Origin: Acidobacteriota bacterium | GTDB lineage: Bacteria > Acidobacteriota > UBA6911 > RPQK01 > JAJDTT01 | Reading direction: 5' to 3' | Assembly (NCBI GenBank): GCA_965209055.1 | Contig: OZ242374.1 | Location: forward strand, 5,248,001 to 5,312,000 | DNA: 64,000 bases | Shown here: one piece after another, positions 29,789 through 40,330 of the stretch | Layout of the letters: each line of letters begins with the position of its first letter | How positions within the stretch are numbered: position 1 is the stretch's first letter | The notes under the pieces: generated by a model | The model's input: the letters and a program-made list of their open reading frames with translations, nothing else | Databases searched by the model: none | What the model was told of the DNA's origin: nothing | Translations under genes and position numbers: made by a program

Positions 29789-32377
29789 TCAGCCATGTGC
29801 CACGGAATATGCCGACTCGGCTGTCAAACCACCCTGGAGCTCATCGATCTTCTCGCCGATCAGCGTCAGATAATGACGCCAACTGGATTGATCCCCTCCG
29901 CTGGCGTCGGTCATCTGAAACTCGAAATTGTCGTTCATGAAGGTGACGGTTTCGGCAAGCCGATCGCGGGCCCGTTGAAGAGCCTCTTGGGCGGCGTCGG
30001 AGTTCTTGGTTGCGCAATCCCGGTAGGCAGCGTGCAGAGCTGACACGCTTTCGGCATACCGGTATCCAAGATTAAGCCGGGCGAACAGGTGCTCAAGATC
30101 TCCTTTGGCCTCCGGTCTCAAGTCCTTCGATTGCAAGGCCGTCTGAACCAGCTCCGACGCCTCCCGGGTGACGGCGGCTCGCAGGTTCCAGACCCTCGAC
30201 AGTTTGTCATGCAGCACCGCGCCGGTAATTTCCGTGGCCTCCCCCGCGGCCGCCAGGGCCATGCTCACCAACCGCCGGTCGGCTTCGGCCAGGTCCGGCC
30301 TCCAGGTGCGTGAAGCCCGCGCAGAATTATAGGCAAGGGTGTGCATGGGGTAGATTCGCCGGCTGGCCCAGTGGGGCGTGGTTTCATTCACCCTTTCCTT
30401 TTCGGTGGCAAACTCGCGCTGGACCCGGTAGAGCCGGTTGTACCGATACATGAAGGCGCCGGCCTGTTCGCCATAGATCTTCCTGCAGGCCTGGCCCAGA
30501 AAACCGTTTTCGCCGACGATCTCCTCCGGCTCATGCAGATTGAAGGTCCCGCGCATGTAGTTTTGCCGCGACTCGCTGTGCGTCGTCGCGGCAACGAAGA
30601 TGCCGTGCGCTCGGGTGTTCCAACCATAAGCCGCGTTGAGCAATTGCATCGGTTCCTGCGCGAATGAGCCGGAACTGTTTTCGATGGTGGTCGCCCCCTC
30701 GAACATCACATTGGTCAGCGGCGACGTCACGAACGGGTAGTCGTTGTAGGTGAAATCCGCGCCCTGAAAGACGAGAAAGTAGGTCCCGATCTCCAGGCCG
30801 TTTCTGTCGAACCGGGATTGGAGCGCCGGAATCCACCTTTCCCGCGTCTCTTCAAGCGGCCAGATTTCCCGAAATCCGATCTGGACCTCAGGCGTCTGGT
30901 AATTCAAAAGCTTGCCGGCGTTTGTCCACAGCGCCAATAGATTGTTCCAGTCTTCGTGCGCCTCCGGCACCGTTTTGATGCTGTACAGCTCCGACTCTCC
31001 CGTTCCATAGGTCACGTAACCGGGAGAAATCAGCCCCACGAAGCAGTCTCTCCTGGCGTCATAGCCGGTCTCCTCGTTCCGGACGCTGAAGACCGCGTCC
31101 ACAAGCGCGTTGAAGCCGTGAGCCACTGCGCCGGCCCCTCCGTCGGGCGCTTTGAAGTCGTCATTCGGCCATTTCCTGCGGCAACGATCACAGCGGCGAT
31201 TCTTCCACTCCGGCTCCGCGTCCCGGTAGTTGTCCACGTCTTCGTTGTGAATATAGAGACCGCCGGGCTCCAGGGCGCGAACATACGCCGCAAGTTCCTC
31301 CGCCTTCAATCGGTTGAGCGGTTCGTTGGCCCGGCAGGTGCCGAGACCGCGGGTGAAATCCGCAGGCAGGCGTCCGAAATATTGCTGGTCCTCGTAAGGA
31401 TGTCCGAGGCAACTATAGATCTCGCCGTCCGGATAGGATTCCCGGTTGTAGAAGATCCTTCCCTGATACGAAGGCGCCCCTCCTTCGCTGGTTCCACCGA
31501 AGAACTGGTACGTGCCCAACGCGTATCCGGCGCCGTAACCCCCGTGGAAAAGCCGAATTCCCCTTTGCCTCGCGTACTTTGCCAGTTCCCTGATCAGGGA
31601 GTTGTACCCCGGGGACCGGTCGATGGCCCAACCAAAGCCCTCGAAACGAACCGCGTTTATCTTGTGGAGGAGACAGAAATCGAGTTTTCTCTTCGCTCGC
31701 GCGAGGTACTTCTCGCGGCCGTCGCCGTAGTCGTATGCCCAACGGTTGATCTCATTGTTGAGCAGCCAATCCGAGGCGACCCGGTATTTGAAAGAGGGGA
31801 AATCCCGAATCTGGGCCGTCGCGATCCGGATCTCCTCTTCCCGCCGATCGATCAACTGGATCAGCGTCGTGGCAGCATAGAGGAGGCCCTGATCGTTGGA
31901 TCCCACCAGAAAAACTGTATTGCCTTGGGTACGGATCACATAATTCTGTTCGAGATTCCGGGGGTCATCGATGACCTGACGGTCTTCCTCGTCCAGCGGC
32001 GGGAAACCGGGCCGTCTATGGTAGTTCACCAGAAAAATTATGGCTCGCGCCTCTTCTCGCGCCTCTTCCGGCACTTTGGCAGGAAGCTGAACCACCGTTG
32101 CGATGCCGGGCGCAGCCCCCAATTCCTGGAGCCGGTTGAGAATGATTTCTTGGGCAAGATTCTCTTTGAATGTGGGAGTTGGGAATTGAACGATCACCAG
32201 GGCCCCCGCTCGATTCGGCACCAGAATGTCCCGTTCCTGAAACGAAACGAACTGGGGATCGGGAACGATGAAGGGACCTGCGACGGGCTGTTGGCGGCAC
32301 CCCGGCTGGGTCGCCAGCACCCCAATGACGGCGACGGACAAGGCTGCCGCGAACACCGTCTTGTCGACACGCCGCAT
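29789..32377 (-). CDS. GH20-N-domain putative glycoside hydrolase, paralogue A (possible lipoprotein)
   Basis: QNYVI...GLLYAATTLIQL...IRDFPSFKYR, then family motifs RWAYDYGDG, GTCRAN, LYIHNED, RCDRCRRKWPND and GFREI. Confidence 0.75.
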   Translation of the reverse strand: MRRVDKTVFAAALSVAVIGVLATQPGCRQQPVAGPFIVPDPQFVSFQERDILVPNRAGALVIVQFPTPTFKENLAQEIILNRLQELGAAPGIATVVQLPAKVPEEAREEARAIIFLVNYHRRPGFPPLDEEDRQVIDDPRNLEQNYVIRTQGNTVFLVGSNDQGLLYAATTLIQLIDRREEEIRIATAQIRDFPSFKYRVASDWLLNNEINRWAYDYGDGREKYLARAKRKLDFCLLHKINAVRFEGFGWAIDRSPGYNSLIRELAKYARQRGIRLFHGGYGAGYALGTYQFFGGTSEGGAPSYQGRIFYNRESYPDGEIYSCLGHPYEDQQYFGRLPADFTRGLGTCRANEPLNRLKAEELAAYVRALEPGGLYIHNEDVDNYRDAEPEWKNRRCDRCRRKWPNDDFKAPDGGAGAVAHGFNALVDAVFSVRNEETGYDARRDCFVGLISPGYVTYGTGESELYSIKTVPEAHEDWNNLLALWTNAGKLLNYQTPEVQIGFREIWPLEETRERWIPALQSRFDRNGLEIGTYFLVFQGADFTYNDYPFVTSPLTNVMFEGATTIENSSGSFAQEPMQLLNAAYGWNTRAHGIFVAATTHSESRQNYMRGTFNLHEPEEIVGENGFLGQACRKIYGEQAGAFMYRYNRLYRVQREFATEKERVNETTPHWASRRIYPMHTLAYNSARASRTWRPDLAEADRRLVSMALAAAGEATEITGAVLHDKLSRVWNLRAAVTREASELVQTALQSKDLRPEAKGDLEHLFARLNLGYRYAESVSALHAAYRDCATKNSDAAQEALQRARDRLAETVTFMNDNFEFQMTDASGGDQSSWRHYLTLIGEKIDELQGGLTAESAYSVAHG

Positions 32378-32391
32378 TCTGAATCTCCTCG

Positions 32392-34770
32392 TCAGTTGCC
32401 GGACGAAACGGCTTCCCGAATTCGTTTCAAGGCCGCGAGAGAGCTTCCGACTTCACCGCCGGAGGGATGGAGCGTCTCCGTCCCAAACTCGTTGCGAACG
32501 AACACTTCGAGGCGCTCGGCCTGGTCCCGGATCAACTCCCTTTGGACCTCTTTCGCCCCGCCGGGCGCCATCAGGAAATACGAGTGCAGGTTGGAAATAA
32601 GTTCGGCAAACCCCGCTCCGAGCCGTGCAGTCGACAACAGGTGCTCCAGGTCGGCCCTGGACTCCTCGTAGGGCCCGGTCACTCTGAGTGCTTCTTCCAG
32701 GAGCCCTGCTCCCTTCCGCGTGACTCGTTCCCACTTCCTCCAGCGGGATATGAGGCGCGAATGAAGATCGTCTGACGAAAGTTGGTGTTCTTTCATGAAC
32801 TGCAATAGACGATCATGCTCAATCTGTCCGCCCCAAGTCCTTCGATCCACTGCAAGATTCCGCCACATGGCCGTGAGCGGATAGAGCCTGGGCCACATTC
32901 TCGGCGGCGTCTCATCGGCGGTGGCTTCCTCGAAGAGGGTGTTGAAACGCACCATCGAGGGCGCCGCCTTCTCACCGTAGAGACGGATGCAAGCCCGCTC
33001 GAGCAAGCCTCCCTGTCCATAGATCTCCTCCGGCCAAATTCGATTGTGTTGGAGGTCCAGCCGGATCGTCATCGCCGTCTCGTAGGACTTCGGGTCCCGG
33101 TAAAACCCGGTGGACTGAGCGTTCCAACTGTATTCGGCGTCAATCCACTGGAGCGGTTCCTGGTTGAACCCGTTCCCGCCGTCATAGATGGTGCCGGCTC
33201 CCAAAAACGCGGCGTTCAATGCCGGAGAAGAGGTAACGGGATAGTCGTTGTAGAAATAGTTTGCGCCACTACAGAAGAACATGAACATCTTGAAGGGCCG
33301 GTCCGCCCTTACCATCGCCTGGTTGTAGTCGTCGACAAATCGCCTGGCCGTATCCTGCTGCGGAAAGATCTCGCGGAATCCGATCTGAATGTTTCTTGAT
33401 GCCGGCAACAATCGCGCCGTCTCTTCCCAGAGTTCAATGACATTCTGCCAATCCGCCGGATCTCGGGAGTCCGTGATGTAGACGGGCGAAATCGGGACGA
33501 CGACACAGTCGCGCGAGGCATCGTAACCGGTGTCGGGATTCTTGACGCTGAAGATGGCTTCGATCAGCTCGCGGTATCCATGGGCCAGTCCGGCGGCTCC
33601 GCCATCCGGAGCCTTCAGGGCGTCGTTCGGCCAGCGGGCGCGGCAACGGTCACAGCGCTGCAGCCAGGAGCCCTGCGTGCCGTTGTATCCCCCAAAATCC
33701 TCGAAATGAATATAGAGCGCCCCAGGTTCCGTCTTCGCCACATAGTTTCGGAACTCTTCGGCCTTCAGCCGATTGAGGTCATCATTGGCCCGGCAGCTGC
33801 CTGTGGTTCGAGGATTCATTCCTCCTTTTCTCTTGTAAGGAAATCCCATACATTCATAAACCTTCCCTTCGGGATAAGATTCCCGATTCAGGAAAAGCTT
33901 GCCCAGATAAGGCGCTTCTTCGTAAAGAGGACCGCCCTGGTAGCTCATGCCATAGCTTGCGCCATAGCCGGCGGACATCAGATGGATGCCCCGCTGGCGG
34001 GCGTACTGGTTCAGTTCCTGCATCATCACCGCGAATTCGGGGAACAGATCCGTGCCCCAGCCATATCCGTGAAACAGGACCATGTTGATTTTCTGCCGCA
34101 GGCAGAGGTCGAGCTTTCGCTTGATTCGTTTGGTATAGGCCTCGACCCCGTCGCCCCAGTCATAGCTCCAACGATCGATTTCAACGTTCATCAGCCAGTC
34201 GGCAGCCAGCCTGTATTCGAAGTCGGGATGGTCCCTGATCTGACAACCTTCAATCCGGATCTCACCGGCCGCGCCCTGGATCAACTGCGCCAGAGAGACG
34301 GCTGCGTAGAGCACACCCTGGTCTCCGGAACCGATCAGGTAAATGCTTCGATTGGCCGGATCGACCCAGAGGACATATTCCTGGCCGGTTGCGCTGGGGG
34401 AGCTCAAGAGCTCGCGGTCACTGAAGCTCAATACCTCGCGCCGGGCCGAGTTGCCTGGGCGTGTCCAGTCGGCATAGGAGGCAAGCAGGATCTTCAAATC
34501 ACCGCCTGATTGTTGTTCCGACAAGCCGTAACGTTGCGGTGTGATCTCCACTTCCGCGTCCCGTAGGGCCCCGTCGATCAAGCCGACGGCGATTTCCAGC
34601 TTTTCGGACGGCGTAGCGGGCAAGAGGTAGTCGACCGTAACTTCCCCACTGAGGGAGATGGCGCCATGTGTCCGCTGAAAATCCTGAGGCGTCGGCAAAA
34701 CGCCTGAATCTTCTCCGTGAAGGACGATCGAGGGGGTAAACAAGAACAGAATGAGAACGGCTTGCCTCAT
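32392..34770 (-). CDS. GH20-N-domain putative glycoside hydrolase, paralogue B
   Basis: GGAGG RBS then MRQAVL signal peptide; VLPTPQ, GVLYAAVSLAQL, IRDHPDFEYR, LYIHFED and RCDRCRARWPND. Confidence 0.75.
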   Translation of the reverse strand: MRQAVLILFLFTPSIVLHGEDSGVLPTPQDFQRTHGAISLSGEVTVDYLLPATPSEKLEIAVGLIDGALRDAEVEITPQRYGLSEQQSGGDLKILLASYADWTRPGNSARREVLSFSDRELLSSPSATGQEYVLWVDPANRSIYLIGSGDQGVLYAAVSLAQLIQGAAGEIRIEGCQIRDHPDFEYRLAADWLMNVEIDRWSYDWGDGVEAYTKRIKRKLDLCLRQKINMVLFHGYGWGTDLFPEFAVMMQELNQYARQRGIHLMSAGYGASYGMSYQGGPLYEEAPYLGKLFLNRESYPEGKVYECMGFPYKRKGGMNPRTTGSCRANDDLNRLKAEEFRNYVAKTEPGALYIHFEDFGGYNGTQGSWLQRCDRCRARWPNDALKAPDGGAAGLAHGYRELIEAIFSVKNPDTGYDASRDCVVVPISPVYITDSRDPADWQNVIELWEETARLLPASRNIQIGFREIFPQQDTARRFVDDYNQAMVRADRPFKMFMFFCSGANYFYNDYPVTSSPALNAAFLGAGTIYDGGNGFNQEPLQWIDAEYSWNAQSTGFYRDPKSYETAMTIRLDLQHNRIWPEEIYGQGGLLERACIRLYGEKAAPSMVRFNTLFEEATADETPPRMWPRLYPLTAMWRNLAVDRRTWGGQIEHDRLLQFMKEHQLSSDDLHSRLISRWRKWERVTRKGAGLLEEALRVTGPYEESRADLEHLLSTARLGAGFAELISNLHSYFLMAPGGAKEVQRELIRDQAERLEVFVRNEFGTETLHPSGGEVGSSLAALKRIREAVSSGN

Positions 34771-34838
34771 CGCGATGCCTCCATCTGATGCCTTTTTCCG
34801 GAGCATGGGAGCCTGCCCCACCAACGAGATTTCCCACC

Positions 34839-34867
34839 AAGATAAAACGGGGACCAGGTGATGTCCA
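34839..34867 (-). promoter_or_regulatory. Putative sigma70-type promoter (shared cassette)
   Basis: TGGACA-tcacctggtccccgttt(17)-TATCTT upstream of the paralogue B operon. Confidence 0.7.
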
Positions 34868-35039
34868 CACGGCTGCTGGATGTCTTGGACGAGGCCAAAC
34901 AGGCGTTACTGGCAGTTGCTGTTGCCAAGTGGATGAATCGTAGGCGATTTCAGGTCCCGATTACCGGAGTGGCTCGTTGACTCGAGTGTGCCGGAGTCCT
35001 TTCGGCGAGGTGAGATACAAGAGATTAGAGGAGTTCCCC

Positions 35040-35470
35040 CCCGAACGACGTGATCCTGAAGGCGATCGGGTGGGTTCCAAACGCGACGACGGGCCGCGGC
35101 GTGTGGGTGATCGAAGCGAAAGGAGACTGGAAAGAGATCTTGGAAGTTCTATTGAATCAAGGACATCGCTTCGCCATCCGGCATCGCGGAGACCGCCATC
35201 CGGTATCCGGTCACCGGCGCAAGAGCGTCCAATAGGGCGGACGGTTTCCGTCGTCAGCACTGGGAGGTGGTGATCAAGGAGACGAGTTCGGGAGAGCAAA
35301 TCTACGCCGTGGAGTTCGGGTTTCGGAAGGTGCGTTGTCTGGGGCGGACGGTGGATCTGTACTTGGTTGTGGATGGGCTGGGCATGAACCCACTGATCCT
35401 CCTCACGAATCGCAAGGTGATGCCGTTGCGGAAGAGCCAGTGGCGGGTCGTGGAGAGCTGGCTAGAGCTG
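35040..35470 (+). pseudogene. Degraded IS4/IS701-like DDE transposase fragment
   Basis: Frameshifted GRGVWVIE..GD...RFAIRHRGDRH and LYLVVDGLGMNPLILLTN...WRVVE. Confidence 0.55.
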
Positions 35471-35559
35471 ACGAGGGAATCAAGGCGGTCTGGACGGGGC
35501 TCGTCTCGCCGCACACCCGGTGCACCGGAGCGACTTCTGTTCTTTCATAATGTCGTCCA

Positions 35560-35760
35560 ACCACGTATCAAGCACCCGAACGGCCCTGCCGCTGTGCCGA
35601 CGTGCAGTCCGCAAACAGACCCAACTGCTGTTCCTTGATCCGATTCTCCATGTCTCTCCGCGCGCAGTAGATCTTCTCGCATAATCGCCGCCCCTCGCAT
35701 TCCTGGACCGGGACCGAAGTCACAATGTACCGAGGCCCGGATTTCACCCATCTCTGGGCG
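35560..35760 (-). pseudogene. IS1380-family transposase fragment
   Basis: PRYIVTS...IYCARRDMENRIKEQQLGLFAD. Confidence 0.75.
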
Positions 35761-36575
35761 GGCCTCTCGCCCTGGCTCAACGACTTGGTAAACGGTGGGT
35801 ACGGACAGCTGAGTAGCAATCACAATCCCGAGACCGGAAAATCGGACTACCCGGCATCCTGGTTTTGGACTGCCCTGCTCATCGCTACCGTAGCGATGCT
35901 CTCCAGCTCGGCTTGGTTATGGGCCTGCTTAGGTCACGTAGATCGCGCGGACGCTAGTCTGGATGGGATGCATGCAGAGTCCTGGGACTGCTTCGTGGTC
36001 ATGCACAACGGACAGGAAGTTAGAATCATCGCCGAGTGTGCCCCCATTGTCCCCCGCAGTCTTGACTGGACCTGAATTGGTTTTCGTTTTCGCTCAAGTC
36101 GGGCGGCGCCGATTGATGCCGATCATATTGAGGGCGGAAGCACGGCCCCAGGAGCAGCTGACCAGACACCTACAGGAGTGGTCTGGCTCCGATAAGATCG
36201 ACTTATTATGCACTTCCGTGAGCAGATAGCATAGTTGCCAAATGTACGCCCTCAGGGTGAATGGTTGTACCGCTCTGCTTTCATCACATGTTCCACAGAT
36301 GAATTGGTCAACATTCCGAGACGATCTCCCAGCCACGCTAGGATCTCGGTTACAAGCTGACTTTTCTGCTCAATGGTCAGGTTGCCATCATCTCCATGCG
36401 GCCCCCGCGAACCCGTGGCGCCTGGGGAGCCTGGGGCGGCATCGGACTGTGCTCCCCCGAATCCTACACAACCGTCTCCACCACTACCGCCATCGCCGCC
36501 CGGGCCACCATCACCACCGTTGCCCTTCCTCAAATCGATGGCCTCCTGGTTGATGGACTGCTGGTCTTGGGGGCC

Positions 36576-36722
36576 ACCATAAACGATTCGCACACTGCCT
36601 CCGTTCCCACCCCGCCCGCCGGTCCCTCCTGGCCTACCATTTCCTCCCCGTCGGGCTGGTTCCCAGCCGCCAAATCCCGCGCAATCGCCATCAGCACCGT
36701 TACTCCCCCGCGAACCCTTCTT
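36576..36722. repeat. 147-bp target-site duplication, copy 1 (copy 2 at 38628-38774)
   Basis: Identical ACCATAAACGATTCG...CGAACCCTTCTT directly abutting both IRs of the IS1634 element. Confidence 0.95.
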
Positions 36723-38627
36723 CCTGACTTCGACGGTTTTGAACCGTAAGTTATTGATTTAATTATGCAAGTGTTCTCAGAGTACACTACAGAGCTAGGA
36801 AATGGAGAGCGGGGCGGGGTTCAACTCTGGGGACGATTTGGCGACAACAGCAGGGTCGTGGTCCGGCGGAGGGTGAGGCCGACCGTCTTGTAGAGCAAGC
36901 GCTGCTCCCGGGTGGAGCCGAAGGGGACCAGGTAGCGGTTGCCGTTGCCCTGATCGCGGATCAGCGAGACGGTCACGTTGCCGAGTTCCGCCAGGATTCG
37001 GTCCTCGCTCAGCGACGGCTGGCCGGCATGCTGCCGGGCGTACTTCCAGCGCAGGATGCGCAACAGCGCGAAAGCGACGTAACAGAGGGCGACGTGGGCG
37101 CGAACCCGGCGCTCAGTCCAGTGAAAGACCGGGCGTACCCGGAGCGTGTGTTTGAGCACCCGGAAGCCCTGCTCGATCCTCCACAACTCGGCATAATGCG
37201 CCCGGATCTGTGAGGCGGGGGGTTCGCCCAGGCTGGTCCAGACCCCGTGCAGTCCATCAAAGAGAGCATCGCGTTCGATCGCCTGGCGGTTGAGCGTGAC
37301 CGCATGGCGTTTCAGCTTCAGGAACCGTCCCGGGCGCCGCCCGAGCGGTTCTCCCTTCGCGATCTTCTCTTCGGCCTTCTTCACCGCCTGCTCTCGGGCT
37401 CGGGCGTCCCGGCGCGCCTTGCTCGGACAGTACCGCACCACCAGCCGGCGACCGTTGACTTGCCGTTCGGTCAGACGCCTCAGACGTCCCTTCCGGTCCA
37501 GCGGCTGTGGAGTCCACTCCTGCGGAGAGCCCAGGGCAGCGAAGTCGGCCCGCTTGAGCTGCCGGAGCCGTGCCGCGACCACCCAGTCCAACCCCGCCTT
37601 TGTCAGCGCCCGCAGGTTCTTGTCGCTCAGCAACCCGGCGTCGGCCACCACCACCGCCCGTCCAACTTCGAACTGCTCTCGCAACTCCTGAAGCATCGGC
37701 AACAGCGTCTTGACCTCCGTCGTGTTCCCCGGGAACAAGCGATACCCGACCGGCAACCCTTCCGTCGTCTGCATCAACGCCAGCACCACTTGCGAGCGAT
37801 ACGGTTTCCCGTCCTTGCTGTATCCCTTGCGTCGCAAATCGTCTTCCACTTCGGTCGCGAAGGAGAGCGTCGTCGTGTCCAGGAACACGACTTGCACCGG
37901 CCCTCCCAACAAGCCCCGGACGGTTCCGTCCAAATGCTTCAGCAATCGGCTCTGCCGCTGACGATTCAGGCGATCCATCATCCGGTAGACCCGCTCCAGG
38001 GGGAGGTTCACCCCCTGCTCGGACAACTCCGCCGCCAGGTGGCGCTTGCTTTTGCCGGGCGCAGCCAGGCGCGCCAGCATCAACTGCCGGAACACCCGCT
38101 CGGACCCCCGTTGATTCCGGGGCCAGAGGCGAGCCAGACCGAGATCGTCGTAGAGTTGGCCGAAGACCTCGTGAAAGCCCAGCTTCAGATCCTTTTCTCC
38201 CTGGAGCTTCCGGGCGTCGGCAATCGGGATCGGCCCCAAAGCCTTCCGCTCCCGCCGCGCGGCCACCGCCTGCTCGGCCAGATACGCCGGCGGGAACAGC
38301 GCGGGCTGCCGTTGCTCCAGCAGGCGCACCTTCTCGTACTCGGCGACCCGGAGGAGTTCCTCAAGTGCGGGCCCCTCGGGAGCGGAACCCATGGAGCGGA
38401 TCAGGCGCTGGCGGGGTTGACGGTGTTCGTTGCGGTAAGACTCGACAATTTGGACGACGACATTGGGCGTGTGTCGGCGGCGAATCTGTCGCACAAACAT
38501 GGGGAAAGTCTAACAGAACAATAAGATAATATCAATATTCCAGGTACACTACAGACGGGCCCAAAACTCAACCTCAATGGGCTCAAACGTTTCCGAGCCT
38601 CAGCGCCGATAATTTGTCGAAGTCAGG
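36723..38627 (-). mobile_element. IS1634-family insertion sequence (1905 bp)
   Basis: Perfect 12-bp IR CCTGACTTCGAC / GTCGAAGTCAGG and a long target-site duplication. Confidence 0.95.
36821..38500 (-). CDS. IS1634-family transposase
   Basis: VQIVESYR..QPRQR, FLDTTT, GYSKDGK..QVVLAL, VVVADAG, and LWRIEQGFRVLK..LRVRPVFHWTERRVRAHV. Confidence 0.95.
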   Translation of the reverse strand: MFVRQIRRRHTPNVVVQIVESYRNEHRQPRQRLIRSMGSAPEGPALEELLRVAEYEKVRLLEQRQPALFPPAYLAEQAVAARRERKALGPIPIADARKLQGEKDLKLGFHEVFGQLYDDLGLARLWPRNQRGSERVFRQLMLARLAAPGKSKRHLAAELSEQGVNLPLERVYRMMDRLNRQRQSRLLKHLDGTVRGLLGGPVQVVFLDTTTLSFATEVEDDLRRKGYSKDGKPYRSQVVLALMQTTEGLPVGYRLFPGNTTEVKTLLPMLQELREQFEVGRAVVVADAGLLSDKNLRALTKAGLDWVVAARLRQLKRADFAALGSPQEWTPQPLDRKGRLRRLTERQVNGRRLVVRYCPSKARRDARAREQAVKKAEEKIAKGEPLGRRPGRFLKLKRHAVTLNRQAIERDALFDGLHGVWTSLGEPPASQIRAHYAELWRIEQGFRVLKHTLRVRPVFHWTERRVRAHVALCYVAFALLRILRWKYARQHAGQPSLSEDRILAELGNVTVSLIRDQGNGNRYLVPFGSTREQRLLYKTVGLTLRRTTTLLLSPNRPQS

Positions 38628-39699
38628 ACCATAAACGATTCGCACACTGCCTCCGTTCCCACCCCGCCCGCCGGTCCCTCCTGGCCTACCATTTCCTCCC
38701 CGTCGGGCTGGTTCCCAGCCGCCAAATCCCGCGCAATCGCCATCAGCACCGTTACTCCCCCGCGAACCCTTCTTGCCACGAGCACCGTTCCCTCCGATTG
38801 CCTTAATGTTTACGTCCTTGACGCGTTGGGACACAATATAAATTGACCCAGCATCGGAGCCATCCAATCTTGCCTTCATCCCATCAGTACCAGATACGTC
38901 TAACGTACCCCCATTGACGGACTCTGCGAAAATCCAGATTTTTGGAGCACGAATGATGGCGTCTTCGGATAGGGCTACGTTTTGTGCGACGATGTAGACT
39001 GGGTCAGGTGAATCAACACGTTCATGCAATTGGATAGTACGCCCGCGGATCAACTCCGATAAGTCAGTCTCGGCAGATATTCGGACATCCTGACCGCTGT
39101 TCATCGGTGTCCTGCCGACGGTCGCTGACGCATCCCTCTCCGAGGATTTCGCCGAACTGCCTAGGTTGTCAGTTTCGGTGTTGTTTGGGGATACTGCTCC
39201 TGATTCCGGCTTCTTCTGGTCAATTCCTTGCCCTTCACCGCTCATGTTGGACGCGTCACCCTCAGGCTTAGAATTGCTATCTCTCAAGATCCAAAGACCA
39301 GCAAACAGAAGCAATGCAGCAAACGATACGCCGACCCCCCATATGGAAAATGTAGCCTTGGCAGCAGGATTAGAATACCAAGGCGTTGGTCGTGAATCTC
39401 GGTCGTGTTTTTCTGTGCTCGACATCCTATGATTCCTCCTAGCCGAAATTGCTCAACACGGACGCGACAATCGGGTTATTAACAGCATTTCAGTGGTTTT
39501 TTGTCCACATGAATTCGAGAGCCGTTTCGTCGGCTCGAATGCGGTCACAAAAGCCGAAAACCGGACACCTCCAAGTGCATTTGATCTCTCACCGGCACTC
39601 ATGAGCGACGTTTCTTCCCCAGAAAGCCGACTCCAGGGCAGAATTCGTCCAACGGACTCCCAACTGGACGTCTTCCAAAGGACTGGTTTTCGCTAACAG

Positions 39700-39860
39700 C
39701 GAATCGGGAGGGCTTGGACTTGCGCCAGAGCCGTCCTCAATAACCCCACATTCGGGTAGCTCTCGGAAAACGTAAGGCAGGCCTTGTGCGTCGTGATCCG
39801 GACCTGGGCCCCGATCTTCAGCAATCTCACGCGCAGGGACCAGCTCTGCGGGTGAAGAAC
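39700..39860 (-). pseudogene. IS1380-family transposase C-terminal fragment
   Basis: SLRVRLLKIGAQVRITTHKACLTFSESYP. Confidence 0.65.
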
Positions 39861-40268
39861 TCCGCAATGCCTTCGTTGCCTTTGTCGAGTAGTTGGAATC
39901 TGCCGCCCGCACATTAATTACATCACTATATTGATCACTTACCGGCAGGCATAGTATGAACGTGTGATATTGGGGTGAAATTATAAATTATTTAACTGAT
40001 AGATCCGTGAACTCTTGCGCCAGGCCGCGATCACCGGCTCTTACTGCTCTCACCGGAACCCGGCAGGACGAATTCCTGGTCCATTGAGATCCGGGACTGG
40101 CTGAGGACATCCTCACGTCTGGCGGGACTCTGGAGGAAGATCGTCAATCCCGACTCCTCCTACGGGCATTTTGGAGAAATCTGGGAATTTCTGCAGTTTC
40201 GTATACGATTCAACGTCGGCGGGATTAGTTTCGCGCCCGAAGAGGGCCCTTCAGCGCAGAGATCACGG

Positions 40269-40297
40269 TGGACTTCACTCGGTTCCCGGTCTATCGT
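40269..40297 (+). promoter_or_regulatory. Putative sigma70-type promoter (shared cassette)
   Basis: TGGACT-tcactcggttcccggtc(17)-TATCGT upstream of the TolB-like/MBOAT operon. Confidence 0.65.
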
Positions 40298-40330
40298 AGT
40301 GGGTAACCTCGTCCTTGGGAGCACGTCGCG

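Larger units (their letters stand above)
36252..39425 (-). pseudogene. Membrane-anchored Gly-rich (collagen/PGRS-like) protein interrupted by IS1634
   Basis: N-terminal TM and GxxGxxG tracts on both sides of the IS. Removing the IS and one repeat joins VRIVYG to GPQDQ in frame, giving 373 aa. Confidence 0.82.

Noticed and set aside
36576-38774. 147-bp repeat pair as a DGR template/variable repeat
   Set aside because: The copies are identical with no adenine-specific differences and abut IS inverted repeats, so they are a target-site duplication.
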